Below are positions 32,615-33,174 of a DNA stretch of 33,174 bases, piece after piece. How positions within the stretch are numbered: the stretch's first letter is position 1; the number at the start of each line of letters is the position of its first letter. This DNA is from Octopus bimaculoides (lineage: Eukaryota), in NCBI RefSeq assembly GCF_001194135.2, contig NC_068999.1, positions 6,560,918-6,594,091 of the forward strand, in the 5' to 3' direction. The translations under genes were made by a program, and so were the position numbers. The notes under the pieces were generated by a model. It ran no database searches, was not told the DNA's origin, and was given only the letters and a program-made list of their open reading frames with translations.

Positions 32615-32720
32615 CTTTTACTTTCTTTGGTCATTTGACTGCGGCCATGCTGGAGCACCAGCTTAGAGGATTTTAGTTGAAGAAATAATTGACTGATCCA
32701 CTTGTACTTTCTTTTCCCCA
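32615..32720 (-). mobile_element. SINE family 2, 3' tail fragment
   Basis: cttttactttctttggtcatttgactgcggccatgctggagcacc. Confidence 0.85.
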
Positions 32721-33109
32721 AAGCCAGGAACTTTTCTGCACCCCCACCCCCTCGTAGTTTTCAATTATTTATAAGAACTATATAAGTACTGCAGGGAAAT
32801 CACAAAATGATTAAGTACGATTAACCTTATACAGTCTTTTATCGCCCGACTCAAACTGTTTTTCTGGCCCCATCAGTGGGTTGCGCGCAAATTAATGTTT
32901 TTTCAGCAATAAACTACCCAGATAATCACCAAAACTGATTTAGCTCCTCAGGCTCCGGACAGATGTAACGAGAGTATCACTCCTTATATACGTCCTACTT
33001 CTCTACATACATATCTCGAGGGAGAGTTATCTCTTTATTTGAAATCTGTACGTAAATTCAAGTTGATTAAAAACAACATTCTAACTTACGTACCTCTATT
33101 TCCCTATCT

Positions 33110-33111
<2 letters not shown>

Positions 33112-33174
<63 letters not shown>
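33112..33174. repeat. (CT)n microsatellite running off the window end
   Basis: Seen directly in the sequence. Confidence 0.97.

Overview
Eukaryotic, AT-rich, repeat-dense genomic DNA from a draft assembly; 11 N-gaps total about 5,970 nt (18%). The SINE types and the very high microsatellite density look like an octopod cephalopod. This is recognition from memory, not a database search. Almost every ORF in the supplied track is an artefact of microsatellites or N-runs. Supportable content: (1) many copies of at least four tRNA-derived SINE families; (2) decayed protein-coding transposon relics: the C-terminal restriction-like endonuclease of an R2-group/HERO-like LINE (about 2110-2605, minus), the 3' end of a CR1-type LINE ORF2 (10889-11038) and a pogo/Tigger DDE transposase fragment with a 194-bp internal duplication (23371-24162); (3) two fold-back elements; (4) short, phase-compatible candidate exons of an unidentified plus-strand gene or genes (7008-12358 and 16438-30300). 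There is no intact transposase, true tRNA/rRNA gene or CRISPR array. I cannot claim a new biological system. The most unusual structures are a SINE trimer with both junctions at the same head position, a hairpin insert nested in a SINE, a duplication/double-inversion knot in the Tigger relic, inverted SINE pairs that could form dsRNA, and the orphan exon chain.
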